Assembly (NCBI GenBank): GCA_919902125.1
Contig: CAKKQM010000038.1
Span: 1-51,960, forward strand
Direction of reading: 5' to 3'
Length of the DNA: 51,960 nt
From: Actinomycetes bacterium
GTDB taxonomy: Bacteria > Actinomycetota > Actinomycetes > Nanopelagicales > Nanopelagicaceae
The notes beneath the pieces are model-generated. The model was not told the DNA's origin. It worked only from the letters and a program-made list of their open reading frames with translations, and did no database searches. The position numbers and the translations under genes were made by a program. The number at the start of each line of letters is the position of its first letter. Position 1 is the stretch's first letter. Below, piece by piece: positions 12,116 through 21,304 of the stretch.

Positions 12116-12477
12116 GCCGCACCTCTCATAACAGTTAGTAACTCATTAACCCTAGATTGGGGCACTCTCGTTTGAAAGTCTTCCATAAAGTTCTCCACCC
12201 TCAACCTTTAAATAGATATAAATAGTCATAGTAACCAGGGTTCATTTCTGTGGGTAAGCATGAAAAAAGCAGGTCAGAAAAGGGTTTCATTTTTATACCG
12301 GTGTTGAAAACTCAACATTTCTGTGGGTAGGGCGAAATAACTTAACCTAAAGAAACTTATATTTTTTCCTTTCTTGCTCGGTTTAACTCTTTACCCACAG
12401 ATAAATACCTTTCATCCACAGTTATCCACAGGTTTCCCCCAACCTGGGGGTAAACACCCCTAAATCAGGCATTTCAC
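12116..12477. other. Probable oriC (dnaA-dnaN spacer) with DnaA boxes and AT-rich stretch
   Basis: Boxes: TGTGGGTAA 12249-12257, TGTGGGTAG 12322-12330, TTACCCACA 12391-12399, TCATCCACA 12412-12420 and TTATCCACA 12422-12430. Weaker boxes: TTCTCCACC 12191-12199 and TGGGGGTAA 12445-12453. An AT-rich run lies at 12207-12236. The 14-bp direct repeat CATTTCTGTGGGTA occurs at 12243 and 12316. Confidence 0.75.
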
Positions 12478-13887
12478 CTAATTAACTTTTTTTGCTTGCT
12501 GCTTAATCCTATTAGTCAGCTCAGTAACTTGGTTATAAATCGAACGCCGCTCCGCCATTAAATGGCGAATCTTTCGGTCGGCGTGCATAACAGTGGTGTG
12601 GTCACGCCCACCAAACATTTGGCCGATTTTAGGCAGGGAAAGCTCAGTGAGTTCACGACATAGGTACATCGCGATCTGACGGGCATTAACTAAAACCCTA
12701 GAACGGGAAGTACCACAAAGGTCATCTAAAGTGAGGCTGAAGTAAGCAGCGGTCTGAGCCATAATTGTTGCACCAGTGATTTCAGGAGTTGATTCATTCG
12801 GAATTAAATCCTTAAGGACAATTTCAGCCAGCCCTAAATCGACACCTTGCCTATTTAAACTAGCAAAAGCGGTAACCCGGATAAGCGCACCTTCGAGTTC
12901 ACGGATATTGGTTGAAATTTTACTGGCGATATATTCCAATACATCATCCGAAGCATTCAATTTATCTTGCGCCGCTTTTTTTCTAAGGATTGCAATACGG
13001 GTTTCTAGCTCTGGTGGTTGAATGTCAGTAATTAAACCCCACTCAAACCGACTACGGAGACGGTCTTCCAAAGTTGTTAGTTGTTTAGGAGGACGATCAC
13101 TTGAGATAACAATCTGTTTATTCGCGTTATATAAAGTGTTAAAAGTATGGAAAAACTCTTCTTGTGTCCGTTCTTTGTTCTCTAAAAACTGAATATCATC
13201 AACTAAAAGAACATCTAAGTCACGATACCGACGTTGAAAAACAGAAGCTTTATCGTCCCGGATTGAGTTAATAAAGTCATTTGTAAACTCTTCGCTTGAA
13301 ACATACCGCACCCGAACCCCGCCATATAATTCTTTTGTGTAAGCGCCGATTGCGTGCAACAAGTGAGTTTTCCCTAAACCAGACTCGCCATAGATAAAAA
13401 GCGGGTTATAAGCTTTGGCAGGTGCTTCAGCTACAGCTACCGCGGCAGCATGAGCAAATCTATTAGACGCACCGATAACAAAAGTCTCAAAAATATAACG
13501 TGGGTTGAGTTGTGAAACCTCAACTGTTTTATCCGTTGTATTATCGTCACGACCAGTTCCAGACCGTGGAGATATAAACTCAATATCAACTTCAGGTTGC
13601 GGAGGGCTGGGAATTTCTAAACTTTCATCGATTGTGACGGCAATATTTGTTTTCTCGCCCAACTCACGGGACAGAACATCACTTACAATATTACGCAGAC
13701 GGGTTTCTAAAACATCTTTAGCGAAAGCGTTAGGGGCAGCCACAAGGAGGTTGGTGGCACCATTACTTTTAAGTAATCCAAGGGGTTTTGTTAGAGAGAG
13801 AAAAGCTCTGTGCTGGGGGTTATCAATAGCCACATCAGCGATAACCCGACTCCATAACTGCGCGAGGTCGCTCTCAATAAGGGTCAT
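12478..13887 (-). CDS. dnaA: Chromosomal replication initiator protein DnaA
   Basis: Walker [14 protein letters not shown] and a C-terminal DNA-binding region (DHTTVMHA). ATG at 13887 is preceded by GGAAGG at a 7-nt spacing. The ORF-track start (TTG at 13908) would add 7 residues and overlap a DnaA box. Confidence 0.95.
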   Translation of the reverse strand: MTLIESDLAQLWSRVIADVAIDNPQHRAFLSLTKPLGLLKSNGATNLLVAAPNAFAKDVLETRLRNIVSDVLSRELGEKTNIAVTIDESLEIPSPPQPEVDIEFISPRSGTGRDDNTTDKTVEVSQLNPRYIFETFVIGASNRFAHAAAVAVAEAPAKAYNPLFIYGESGLGKTHLLHAIGAYTKELYGGVRVRYVSSEEFTNDFINSIRDDKASVFQRRYRDLDVLLVDDIQFLENKERTQEEFFHTFNTLYNANKQIVISSDRPPKQLTTLEDRLRSRFEWGLITDIQPPELETRIAILRKKAAQDKLNASDDVLEYIASKISTNIRELEGALIRVTAFASLNRQGVDLGLAEIVLKDLIPNESTPEITGATIMAQTAAYFSLTLDDLCGTSRSRVLVNARQIAMYLCRELTELSLPKIGQMFGGRDHTTVMHADRKIRHLMAERRSIYNQVTELTNRIKQQAKKVN

Positions 13888-13905
13888 CAACCGACCTTCC
13901 CAAAA

Positions 13906-14091
13906 CAATCCACAGGTTTATCCACAGGCTGTGGTCTAAACCCCAACTTGAGCCTCAAGGGGCTGTGGGGGATTGAAAACTAGAGGGGATTGGGAAGAAA
14001 AGCAAGTAGTTATCCACAACTTTAAACCCCACTCATCGCTAAAACTCCTTTTAAACGGAAACTAGAAGTGAGTTTGACCCTTTTATCCCCA
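13906..14091. promoter_or_regulatory. Second DnaA-box cluster in the dnaA / rpmH divergent promoter region
   Basis: CAATCCACA 13906-13914 is weak. TTATCCACA is perfect at 13918-13926 and again at 14010-14018. TTATCCCCA 14083-14091 has 1 mismatch. Confidence 0.6.
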
Positions 14092-14155
14092 GACCTCTAC
14101 CGTTACCTCCTCATTCCCCTTATTCGATCTTTTTATATATTTTCAAGGAGTTCTC

Positions 14156-14293
14156 ATGACCAAGCGCACCTTCCAACCAAATATTCGCCGGCGCGCGAAG
14201 AAACATGGTTTCCGCGCTCGCATGGCAACCCGTGCGGGCCGAGCTGTACTTTCTGCCCGCCGTGCTAAGGGTCGCGCTCGAATCTCAGCGTAA
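14156..14293 (+). CDS. rpmH: 50S ribosomal protein L34
   Basis: 45-aa ORF absent from the supplied track: [51 protein letters not shown] lies 6 nt upstream of the ATG. Confidence 0.92.
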   Translation: MTKRTFQPNIRRRAKKHGFRARMATRAGRAVLSARRAKGRARISA

Positions 14294-14302
14294 TTAAAAC
14301 TC

Positions 14303-14647
14303 GTGCTACCTCGCAACGCACGGCTTACATCGCCCGACAACTTCGCGCGGACAACAAAGAGCGGTTTTCGAGTAACAAGTAAATCCCTTGTTGGTTATCT
14401 CTACCTCACCAACACAGGTGTGCCCGCACAATGCGGTCTTATTATCAGTAAGAGCGTTGGGGGATCGGTTGTACGCCACCGGGTTGCCCGTCAGATTCGA
14501 CATGGCTTACGTGACCACTTAAATGAACTTCCAACAGGTGCCTTTTTAGTGGTGCGCGCACTGCCCGGAGCAGCCGCCACTAATCTTAGGAATGATCTAT
14601 CCAATATAATCCTTAAGTTAATTCAAAAAACTTTGGTAGTGCGATGA
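14303..14647 (+). CDS. rnpA: Ribonuclease P protein component
   Basis: 114-aa basic protein directly after rpmH with a non-ATG start. ATGA overlap with yidD. Confidence 0.85.
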   Translation: MLPRNARLTSPDNFARTTKSGFRVTSKSLVGYLYLTNTGVPAQCGLIISKSVGGSVVRHRVARQIRHGLRDHLNELPTGAFLVVRALPGAAATNLRNDLSNIILKLIQKTLVVR

Positions 14648-14907
14648 AGTCAATAGCAATTCAACTTGTGCGTTGGTATCAAAAATGGATCTCTCCAATG
14701 TTCCCACCACGCTGTAAGTATTACCCGTCATGCTCAGCGTATGCAATCACCGCAATCTCAACTTATGGCCTAAAAGGTTTTGCGATGGCAACTTGGCGGT
14801 TAATTCGATGCAACCCATGGTCACACGGTGGTGTGGATCATGTGCCTAAAAAAATCTCCAAAAAAATAAATAAAATCTCTTACATTAGCGGGGGCACCAC
14901 TCGATGA
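14644..14907 (+). CDS. yidD: Membrane protein insertion efficiency factor YidD
   Basis: 87 aa with the conserved CKYYPSCSAY motif. ATGA overlaps on both sides. Confidence 0.85.
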   Translation: MKSIAIQLVRWYQKWISPMFPPRCKYYPSCSAYAITAISTYGLKGFAMATWRLIRCNPWSHGGVDHVPKKISKKINKISYISGGTTR

Positions 14908-15836
14908 GTTCCATCTTAAATCCCTTATATATCGCTGTTTCTTGGGTCATTATTTCGATCCATAAACTACTCTCCCCAATCTTCTCTGCCGACAGTGGTG
15001 TCTCATGGAGTTTGTCGATTATTGGCCTGGTGATCCTAATTCGCTTACTTCTTATTCCACTTTTCGTAAAACAAATCAAAAGTCAGCGAGCCCTTACAGT
15101 TTTACAACCACATCTCAAAGCGATCCAAAGTAAGCACAAAGATGATCGTCAGAAACAATCTGAAGAGATGATGAAACTTTATAAAGAACATAAAACAAAC
15201 CCACTAGCTTCTTGTTTTCCTATTTTGGCACAAGCGCCAATCTTCTTCGCACTCTTTACTGTTCTTAATGGGATTGGTAAGAACCCACCACAGGCGCATG
15301 GTGTTTTAACACAAACAGATGTCATTAGCGCAGCACACGCAAAGTTCTTCGGTGCCCCCATCTCGGCAACATTTCTTGGTACGACAAATGGAACTGTAAA
15401 ACTTGTAACAGTCTTACTTATCGCATTTATGTCAATAACAACTTTCACTACGCAACGTCAGTTGATGCTTAAAGGCATGCCAAAGATGGATTCAAGTAAC
15501 AATATGATGTTACAACAACAAAAAATTATGTTGTACGCATTTCCATTAATTTTTGCTGTTTCCGGTGTTAACTTTCCAATCGGAGTCTTGATTTATTGGT
15601 CAACAACAAACCTTTGGACATGGGGCCAACAGTTCTATGTCATTAAACGAAATCCAACACCGGGCTCCCCAGCATTTTTAGAGTTACAAGCAAAAAGAGC
15701 TCGCAAAAGCGGGTTGCCATTACCTACTGATGTAAAAAATGAAGAAGAGAACCCTGAATCTGGATCCACCGAGGTAAAAGGCCAACGCCAACAACCAAGT
15801 CAGAAGAAAAATAAGAAAAAGAAGAAAAAGAAGTAA
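14904..15836 (+). CDS. yidC: Membrane protein insertase YidC
   Basis: 310-aa polytopic protein with a lysine-rich C-terminal tail (KKNKKKKKKK), in the conserved rnpA-yidD-yidC order. Confidence 0.9.
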   Translation: MSSILNPLYIAVSWVIISIHKLLSPIFSADSGVSWSLSIIGLVILIRLLLIPLFVKQIKSQRALTVLQPHLKAIQSKHKDDRQKQSEEMMKLYKEHKTNPLASCFPILAQAPIFFALFTVLNGIGKNPPQAHGVLTQTDVISAAHAKFFGAPISATFLGTTNGTVKLVTVLLIAFMSITTFTTQRQLMLKGMPKMDSSNNMMLQQQKIMLYAFPLIFAVSGVNFPIGVLIYWSTTNLWTWGQQFYVIKRNPTPGSPAFLELQAKRARKSGLPLPTDVKNEEENPESGSTEVKGQRQQPSQKKNKKKKKKK

Positions 15837-15896
15837 TAAATAGTATAAATCAGTTTAAAACGCACTAACCCGACAATAGGGTATAAGGAGTAATTT

Positions 15897-16409
15897 ATGA
15901 GTGAGATAGAGAAGATTTCTGAGAAACCTGCTGAGAAAACAGAAGGAAGTTTAATTACCAAGCTTGAGGAGGAGGGTGATATCGCTGCCGATTACCTCGA
16001 AGGGCTCTTAGATATCACCGACCTTGATGGCGATATTGATATCGATGTCGAGAATGACCGTGCTTCTCTAGCCATTATGGGCGGAAAACTCAACCACCTC
16101 GTTGGCCATGAAGGGGAAGTTCTTGATGCTCTTCAAGAGCTTACCCGCCTTGCTGTACAGACCGCGACAGGGGACCGTAGCCGTCTTATGCTCGATATCG
16201 ATGGTTACCGCGCCGGACGCAAGAGTGAATTGCGTCAATTGGCAAAAGAGAGCGCAGAAGAGGTTACCTCCACAAAGAACTCTATGAAGTTAGCCCCGAT
16301 GAATGCTTTTGAGCGCAAAATCATCCACGATACAATTCAAACCCTGGGCCTTAGCAGTGAATCTGAGGGCGAAGACCCTGATCGTTGCGTCATAATCTTT
16401 CCCGCTTAA
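15897..16409 (+). CDS. jag: Jag/KhpB-like RNA-binding protein (KH + R3H)
   Basis: 170 aa with an acidic N-terminus and a C-terminal R3H-like FERKIIHDTI, in the conserved position after yidC. Confidence 0.8.
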   Translation: MSEIEKISEKPAEKTEGSLITKLEEEGDIAADYLEGLLDITDLDGDIDIDVENDRASLAIMGGKLNHLVGHEGEVLDALQELTRLAVQTATGDRSRLMLDIDGYRAGRKSELRQLAKESAEEVTSTKNSMKLAPMNAFERKIIHDTIQTLGLSSESEGEDPDRCVIIFPA

Positions 16410-16428
16410 AGACCGCTTAAGGTTTATT

Positions 16429-17007
16429 ATGGTTTCACGTGAAACCCTTATTACTCGCTACTTCCCGGGCAAGGAAGAAGAGATTCTTTGTTACGCTCAA
16501 TTCCTAACAACCGTCGGAATCGAGCGGGGGTTAATCGGCCCTCGAGAGGCCGATCGGATCTGGGAGCGCCATATCTTTAACTGCCTGCCGGTTATCACTC
16601 TTATTTCAGAGGGCGCGTCTTTATTAGATATTGGTTCAGGGGCGGGGTTACCGGGTATACCTATCGCTTTAGCTCGTCCAGATCTAACCGTAACCTTAAT
16701 TGAACCCCTCCGACGAAGAGTGGATTTTCTGGCCGAAGCAGTCGCCAATATGGATATCACTGTTTTACAGGGCAGGGCGCAGGACTTTAAAATTAAAGCA
16801 GATTTCGTGACGGCTAGGGCGGTCGCGCCATTTAAAAAATTAAAAGCGATGAGTTGGCATCTAGTCAAGATAGGTGGGAGCCTGTTGGCAATCAAAGGCG
16901 AAAGCGCTGCTGATGAGGTTGCTGGTGTAAAAGGAGCTCAACTTCACGAGATCCAGATGGAGGGTTTACCGCTTGGCCGCATTATTTCGCTCCAAAAGAC
17001 TGGTTAA
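16429..17007 (+). CDS. rsmG: 16S rRNA (guanine527-N7)-methyltransferase RsmG
   Basis: 192 aa with the SAM-binding motif DIGSGAGLPGIP, in the conserved position before parA. Confidence 0.9.
   Translation: MVSRETLITRYFPGKEEEILCYAQFLTTVGIERGLIGPREADRIWERHIFNCLPVITLISEGASLLDIGSGAGLPGIPIALARPDLTVTLIEPLRRRVDFLAEAVANMDITVLQGRAQDFKIKADFVTARAVAPFKKLKAMSWHLVKIGGSLLAIKGESAADEVAGVKGAQLHEIQMEGLPLGRIISLQKTG
16431..16446. promoter_or_regulatory. parS site (GGTTTCACGTGAAACC)
   Basis: The central 14 bp, GTTTCACGTGAAAC, is a perfect palindrome identical to the consensus parS core. It lies in codons 1-6 of rsmG. Confidence 0.75.
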
Positions 17008-17016
17008 CTTACCCAC

Positions 17017-17943
17017 GTGAATGATTCACGTGAAACACCACTAGCCGCGGCCAATAAACCGGTCATTGGTACCAGACGCCTCAAAGAGGCGATGGCCAGA
17101 CCGGCTCACTTGCGGATCTTTACTGTCGCAAACCAAAAAGGCGGAGTTGGTAAGACCACCACAACAGTCAATATTGCAGCCGCCTTGGCAATGGGGGGTC
17201 TTCGAACCCTAGTGATCGACCTTGACCCCCAAGGTAACGCCAGCACTGCCCTGGCCGTAGAGCACCGCGCCAATGATGGAATTTATGAAGTTTTAATGGG
17301 CACAACTTCCATTGAATCTGTCGTACAGAAAGTAGCTGGTTTTCCACACCTGGATTGCATCTCTTCCAACACAGCTCTAGCCCAAGCAGAAATCAATTTA
17401 GTCCCAATGGTTGCTCGTGAATTACGTTTAAAAGAGGCGATTGATGATTTAGTCACTGCGCGAGTAAATGCAGGAATTGGGTATGACTATATTTTTATCG
17501 ATTGCCCGCCAAGTTTAGGTTTACTAACTGTCAACGCACTAGCTGCGGCGCAAGAGTTGTTAATTCCAATCCAGTGTGAGTACTACGCACTTGAAGGCTT
17601 AACGCAATTGCTTGAAACATATTCAATTGTTAAAAAGCGGCTTAACGCAGAATTAAAATTATCAACTATTGTCTTAACGATGTTTGATGGACGGACGCGT
17701 CTTGCAAACGATGTTGCTGCAAGTGTCCGTTCACATTTCCCACACGAGTTAATTGATATTCCAATCCCACGCGCAGTGCGCATCTCCGAAGCTCCCTCTT
17801 ACAGTCAAACAGTAATGACTTACGACCCGGGTTCCCCCGGCGCTATTGCCTACATGCAAGTAGCGCGCGAAATCGCAGAACGCGGAAGACCTTTTGATTC
17901 CAATGTTGTCAGTATTAATTACAAAAAAGGAGAAAGTGCGTGA
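17017..17943 (+). CDS. parA: Chromosome partitioning ATPase ParA
   Basis: 308 aa with the deviant Walker A KGGVGKTT and a GTG start. GTGA overlap with parB. Confidence 0.92.
   Translation: MNDSRETPLAAANKPVIGTRRLKEAMARPAHLRIFTVANQKGGVGKTTTTVNIAAALAMGGLRTLVIDLDPQGNASTALAVEHRANDGIYEVLMGTTSIESVVQKVAGFPHLDCISSNTALAQAEINLVPMVARELRLKEAIDDLVTARVNAGIGYDYIFIDCPPSLGLLTVNALAAAQELLIPIQCEYYALEGLTQLLETYSIVKKRLNAELKLSTIVLTMFDGRTRLANDVAASVRSHFPHELIDIPIPRAVRISEAPSYSQTVMTYDPGSPGAIAYMQVAREIAERGRPFDSNVVSINYKKGESA
17022..17037. promoter_or_regulatory. parS site (TGATTCACGTGAAACA)
   Basis: Matches the TGTTTCACGTGAAACA consensus at 15 of 16 positions. It lies in codons 2-7 of parA and overlaps a second 9-1-9 dyad, CACGTGAAT-G-ATTCACGTG, at 17014-17032. 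Confidence 0.75.
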
Positions 17944-18800
17944 GTGCAAAACGAGGCGGGCTAGGTACAAATCTCGATGCACTGATCCCGACATCATTTT
18001 TTGTTTCCGGAACGCAAGTTGCACAACAAAATGAAGTTTCCATTGAGGTAATTTCGCCTAACCCAAGACAACCACGTACTGTTTTTGATGAAGACGCATT
18101 ACGTGAATTAACGGCATCAATAAAAGAAGTAGGGTTATTACAACCACCAGTGGTTCGCGAAACTTCTCCCGGCCACTACGAACTCATTATGGGTGAGCGC
18201 CGATTCCGCGCCGCAAAAGCCGCAGGGCTTAAATCAATCCCAGTAATTATTCGACAGACCGCAGACAACGAATTATTACGGGAAGCACTTATTGAAAACA
18301 TTCACCGAAGCCAACTCAATGCCCTTGAAGAAGCCGCTGCATACACGCAATTATTAAATGATTTCGAGTGCACTCACGAAGAATTAGCAAAACGCCTTGG
18401 AAAATCGCGCCCCCATCTCACAAACACGATGCGCCTACTCAGTTTGCCCGCAACCGTGCAACGAAAAGTGGCAGCAGGTGTGCTATCCGCAGGTCATGCC
18501 CGCGCATTACTTGGCCTCATAGACGAGGCAGAGATTGAACGTTTAGCAGTCCGAATCGTCGCCGAGGGTTTAAGTGTCCGCACAATCGAAGAAATTGTGG
18601 CTGCAGGATCAGCAACATCCAAAAAGAAGAGAAAACCCACTGCGGCGCCAGCGCCTCAACTACTCGAGATCGCAGAACGACTTTCAGATCTTTACGACAC
18701 TCGCGTGAGTGTGCAATCTGGAAAAGGGAGAGGCAAAATCACCATTGAGTTTTCAGGAATGGCTGATCTCGAACGTATTCTGGATTTAATCGAAGAGTAA
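17940..18800 (+). CDS. parB: Chromosome partitioning protein ParB
   Basis: 286 aa with the ParB box GERRFRAAKAAG and an HTH region. Confidence 0.92.
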   Translation: MSAKRGGLGTNLDALIPTSFFVSGTQVAQQNEVSIEVISPNPRQPRTVFDEDALRELTASIKEVGLLQPPVVRETSPGHYELIMGERRFRAAKAAGLKSIPVIIRQTADNELLREALIENIHRSQLNALEEAAAYTQLLNDFECTHEELAKRLGKSRPHLTNTMRLLSLPATVQRKVAAGVLSAGHARALLGLIDEAEIERLAVRIVAEGLSVRTIEEIVAAGSATSKKKRKPTAAPAPQLLEIAERLSDLYDTRVSVQSGKGRGKITIEFSGMADLERILDLIEE

Positions 18801-18805
18801 AAAAG

Positions 18806-20092
18806 TTATTCGATAATTTCAAAACCGCTACTACGGCGTGCGATCTCTTGTTTAATAACGCCACCTAGTGCTTTAACGCCTTCACGGATCCGCTCAGGGG
18901 TTGGGTGGCAATAGGACAGTCTCATTGCCCATGTTCCAAAACCATCGGCATAAAAAGCTGTACCTGGAACATAAGCAACCTTTGCAACAATTGCCTTAGG
19001 CACCATCACTTTGGTATCAATCTCTGGTGGAAGATTGACCCAGACATAGAAACCACCACCAGGTTTAGTCCATGTTGCAGATGCGGGGAAGTATTGCTCG
19101 AGAGATTCCAACATTGCATCACGTCGGACTTTATATAACTCACAGAATGATGTGATCTGGTCGCGCCATGGTTGATCAGCTAGGTAACTGGAGATTGTTA
19201 ACTGTGTGAAATTTGAGGGGCAGAGAATTGATGCTTCACTCGCGATAACAAGTTTTTCTTTTAATGAGGGCGGAACAAGCGTCCAACCCACACGCAATCC
19301 AGCAGCGATCGTCTTTGAGAAAGAACCGAGATAGATAACATTCTCACTATCCTCAGCGCGCATCGCATTAGGGGATGGGCGGTCAAACCCTAAAAGCCCA
19401 TAAGGGTTGTCTTCAACAATAAAAATTTGTTCAGTGCGGCAGATATCTAGTATCTCAGTGCGACGATCTGCGGGAAGCAGGACACCTGTGGGGTTTTGGT
19501 AGTTAGGGATCAAATACAAGAATTTTATTTTCCTACCGGTTGCACGAACAGATGTGATTGCTTGACGTAGAGCTTCTGGAATCAAACCTTGATCATCCAA
19601 TGCGACATGAACAACTTGGGCCTCATATTGGTGAAATGTTCCAAGGGCGCCGACATATGAAGGTGCTTCAACTAGAACTACATCACCGGGATCAATAAAT
19701 ATCCGAGATATTAAGTCGAGGGCTTGTTGTGAACCAGTAGTAACAATGACATCGTCAGGGTTTGCTTGGATTCCCTCAAGGGCCATTACTTCACAGATCT
19801 GTTCGCGTAATTTTGGATGGCCCTGACCGCTGCCATATTGCAATGCTTCAGCACCATTTGTCGCAATAAGGTTATGGACGACCGATGCCATCATTTCCAT
19901 TGGGAGAGCTGAGAGATTCGGCATGCCGCCTGCCAGAGAGACGATCTCTGGACGTGATGCAACAGCGAAAAGCGACCGGATCTCACTGGCTTGCATACCT
20001 GCGGCACGAGCGGCAAAACGCTCCTCTAGGTACTGCGGTACGCCAGTGTGGAGACGGTCAGGAAGATTGGACATTGCGAAAGTCTCCCACAT
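18806..20092 (-). CDS. PLP-dependent aminotransferase, class I/II (2-aminoadipate/aromatic aminotransferase-like)
   Basis: 428 aa with the PLP-lysine context SFSKTIAAGLRVGW and an N-terminal SLAGGMPN motif. No HTH domain. Confidence 0.8.
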   Translation of the reverse strand: MWETFAMSNLPDRLHTGVPQYLEERFAARAAGMQASEIRSLFAVASRPEIVSLAGGMPNLSALPMEMMASVVHNLIATNGAEALQYGSGQGHPKLREQICEVMALEGIQANPDDVIVTTGSQQALDLISRIFIDPGDVVLVEAPSYVGALGTFHQYEAQVVHVALDDQGLIPEALRQAITSVRATGRKIKFLYLIPNYQNPTGVLLPADRRTEILDICRTEQIFIVEDNPYGLLGFDRPSPNAMRAEDSENVIYLGSFSKTIAAGLRVGWTLVPPSLKEKLVIASEASILCPSNFTQLTISSYLADQPWRDQITSFCELYKVRRDAMLESLEQYFPASATWTKPGGGFYVWVNLPPEIDTKVMVPKAIVAKVAYVPGTAFYADGFGTWAMRLSYCHPTPERIREGVKALGGVIKQEIARRSSGFEIIE

Positions 20093-20112
20093 CTACTCCT
20101 CGGTGTGGAAAC

Positions 20113-21246
20113 CTATCTGCGTATCCCCGCTTTTCGCAGATCTGCGATACGAAGAGTGCCTGTCTTTGCATCATCTTCAGAAGCCAGATACAGGCGCTGG
20201 ATAGCAATAACAAGCGACTCTGCAATCACATCGCGGAAATCTGGACGACCTAAGCGTTGGGCATCACCTGGATTAGTGAGATACCCGAGATCAATTTGCA
20301 CCGTTGGCGCTTTTGTCAGTCTTAATAAGTCCCATGTTTTGGCATGGGTTCGGCAGTTGAGCAGATCAGTTCGCGCACAAATCTCGCGTTGCACCAGAGA
20401 GGCAAAACGTTCACCCACAACAGAATGAATGCCGTGAGCTTGGCTACCGTAAAAATAGGTGGCAACACCGTGGGCATTTTCATTTACATAGCGATCAGCA
20501 TGGAAAGAAACTATCAAATCAACGTTTGTTTCATTAGCGAAAGCGATGCGTTCAGCCTCACTTGGTGAGTTGTTTACACCACGCGTAAGGAAAACACTTA
20601 CTCCTAGAGCAAGTAAACGACCTTCTAATCGTTGAGCGATGTCATACACAATTTCAGACTCTTCAACATTATGTGCGCAAATACCGTGGTTGGCGCCACC
20701 GCAACTCGGGTCTAAAACAATCACCTTATTTGCCAGAGCAGGACCACGATTCTTCTGCATTGCACTTTCCCGCAAGATAGAAGGTGTCCCACCCGAAACG
20801 GTTCGGGTCAGTCGGATCAAGGCGGTAATTGTTGCGGGCCCACATTTACCATCAACCATCACCCCAACCGATTGTTGGAATTCTCTCACTGAACTTTCAG
20901 TACGCGGCCCAAAAACACCATCGACTCGACCACAATTAAAGCCCATATCTGTCAGTCGCCCTTGCAGTGTTGCAACATCATCCCCCCGCATTAATAGCGC
21001 GGATTGTAGATATAAAGATCGGTCTCCCAATTTCCAGCGCGCTTCTTCAAGCGCCCGTAGCGTTACAGAATTAACAACCCCATTAACTGTTAATCCACGA
21101 GACTGCTGAAAAGCACGCACCGCATTTTCGACGCTTTCATCAATAGAAATGGGTTGTGTGGTTAATAAACCCAAACGATTGAGAATATCAATAATCTGGA
21201 TCGCCACATCTCCGCCATCACCTTTACCGATTGAGAGATCTTCCAT
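20113..21246 (-). CDS. cwlM: CwlM-like N-acetylmuramoyl-L-alanine amidase homologue (2 x peptidoglycan-binding domain + Amidase_3)
   Basis: 377 aa with two PG_binding_1-like repeats (AFQQSRGLTVNGV, EFQQSVGVMVDGK). The amidase_3 core contains TWDLLRLT. It occupies the conserved position next to trxA/trxB. Confidence 0.85.
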   Translation of the reverse strand: MEDLSIGKGDGGDVAIQIIDILNRLGLLTTQPISIDESVENAVRAFQQSRGLTVNGVVNSVTLRALEEARWKLGDRSLYLQSALLMRGDDVATLQGRLTDMGFNCGRVDGVFGPRTESSVREFQQSVGVMVDGKCGPATITALIRLTRTVSGGTPSILRESAMQKNRGPALANKVIVLDPSCGGANHGICAHNVEESEIVYDIAQRLEGRLLALGVSVFLTRGVNNSPSEAERIAFANETNVDLIVSFHADRYVNENAHGVATYFYGSQAHGIHSVVGERFASLVQREICARTDLLNCRTHAKTWDLLRLTKAPTVQIDLGYLTNPGDAQRLGRPDFRDVIAESLVIAIQRLYLASEDDAKTGTLRIADLRKAGIRR

Positions 21247-21304
21247 TTTTTACCAAAATTCTAAATTGATTGATTGGCGGACGTGGTAGCCCAACTCACT
21301 CTAT

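Noticed and set aside
13505-13939. 144-aa plus-strand ORF overlapping the 5' part of dnaA
   Set aside because: It is a shadow frame of dnaA with no Shine-Dalgarno sequence, no motif, and an Arg/Ser-rich composition.
15805-15836. A-rich run encoding KKNKKKKKKK at the end of yidC
   Set aside because: It looked like a simple repeat or slippery tract. However, a basic C-terminal tail is a normal ribosome-contacting feature of YidC, and the run is interrupted by G and T every few bases.
16497-16895. 132-aa minus-strand ORF inside rsmG, plus similar antisense ORFs at 20639-21109 and 25545-26009
   Set aside because: All lie fully within well-supported genes on the opposite strand or in an alternative frame, and none has recognisable motifs.
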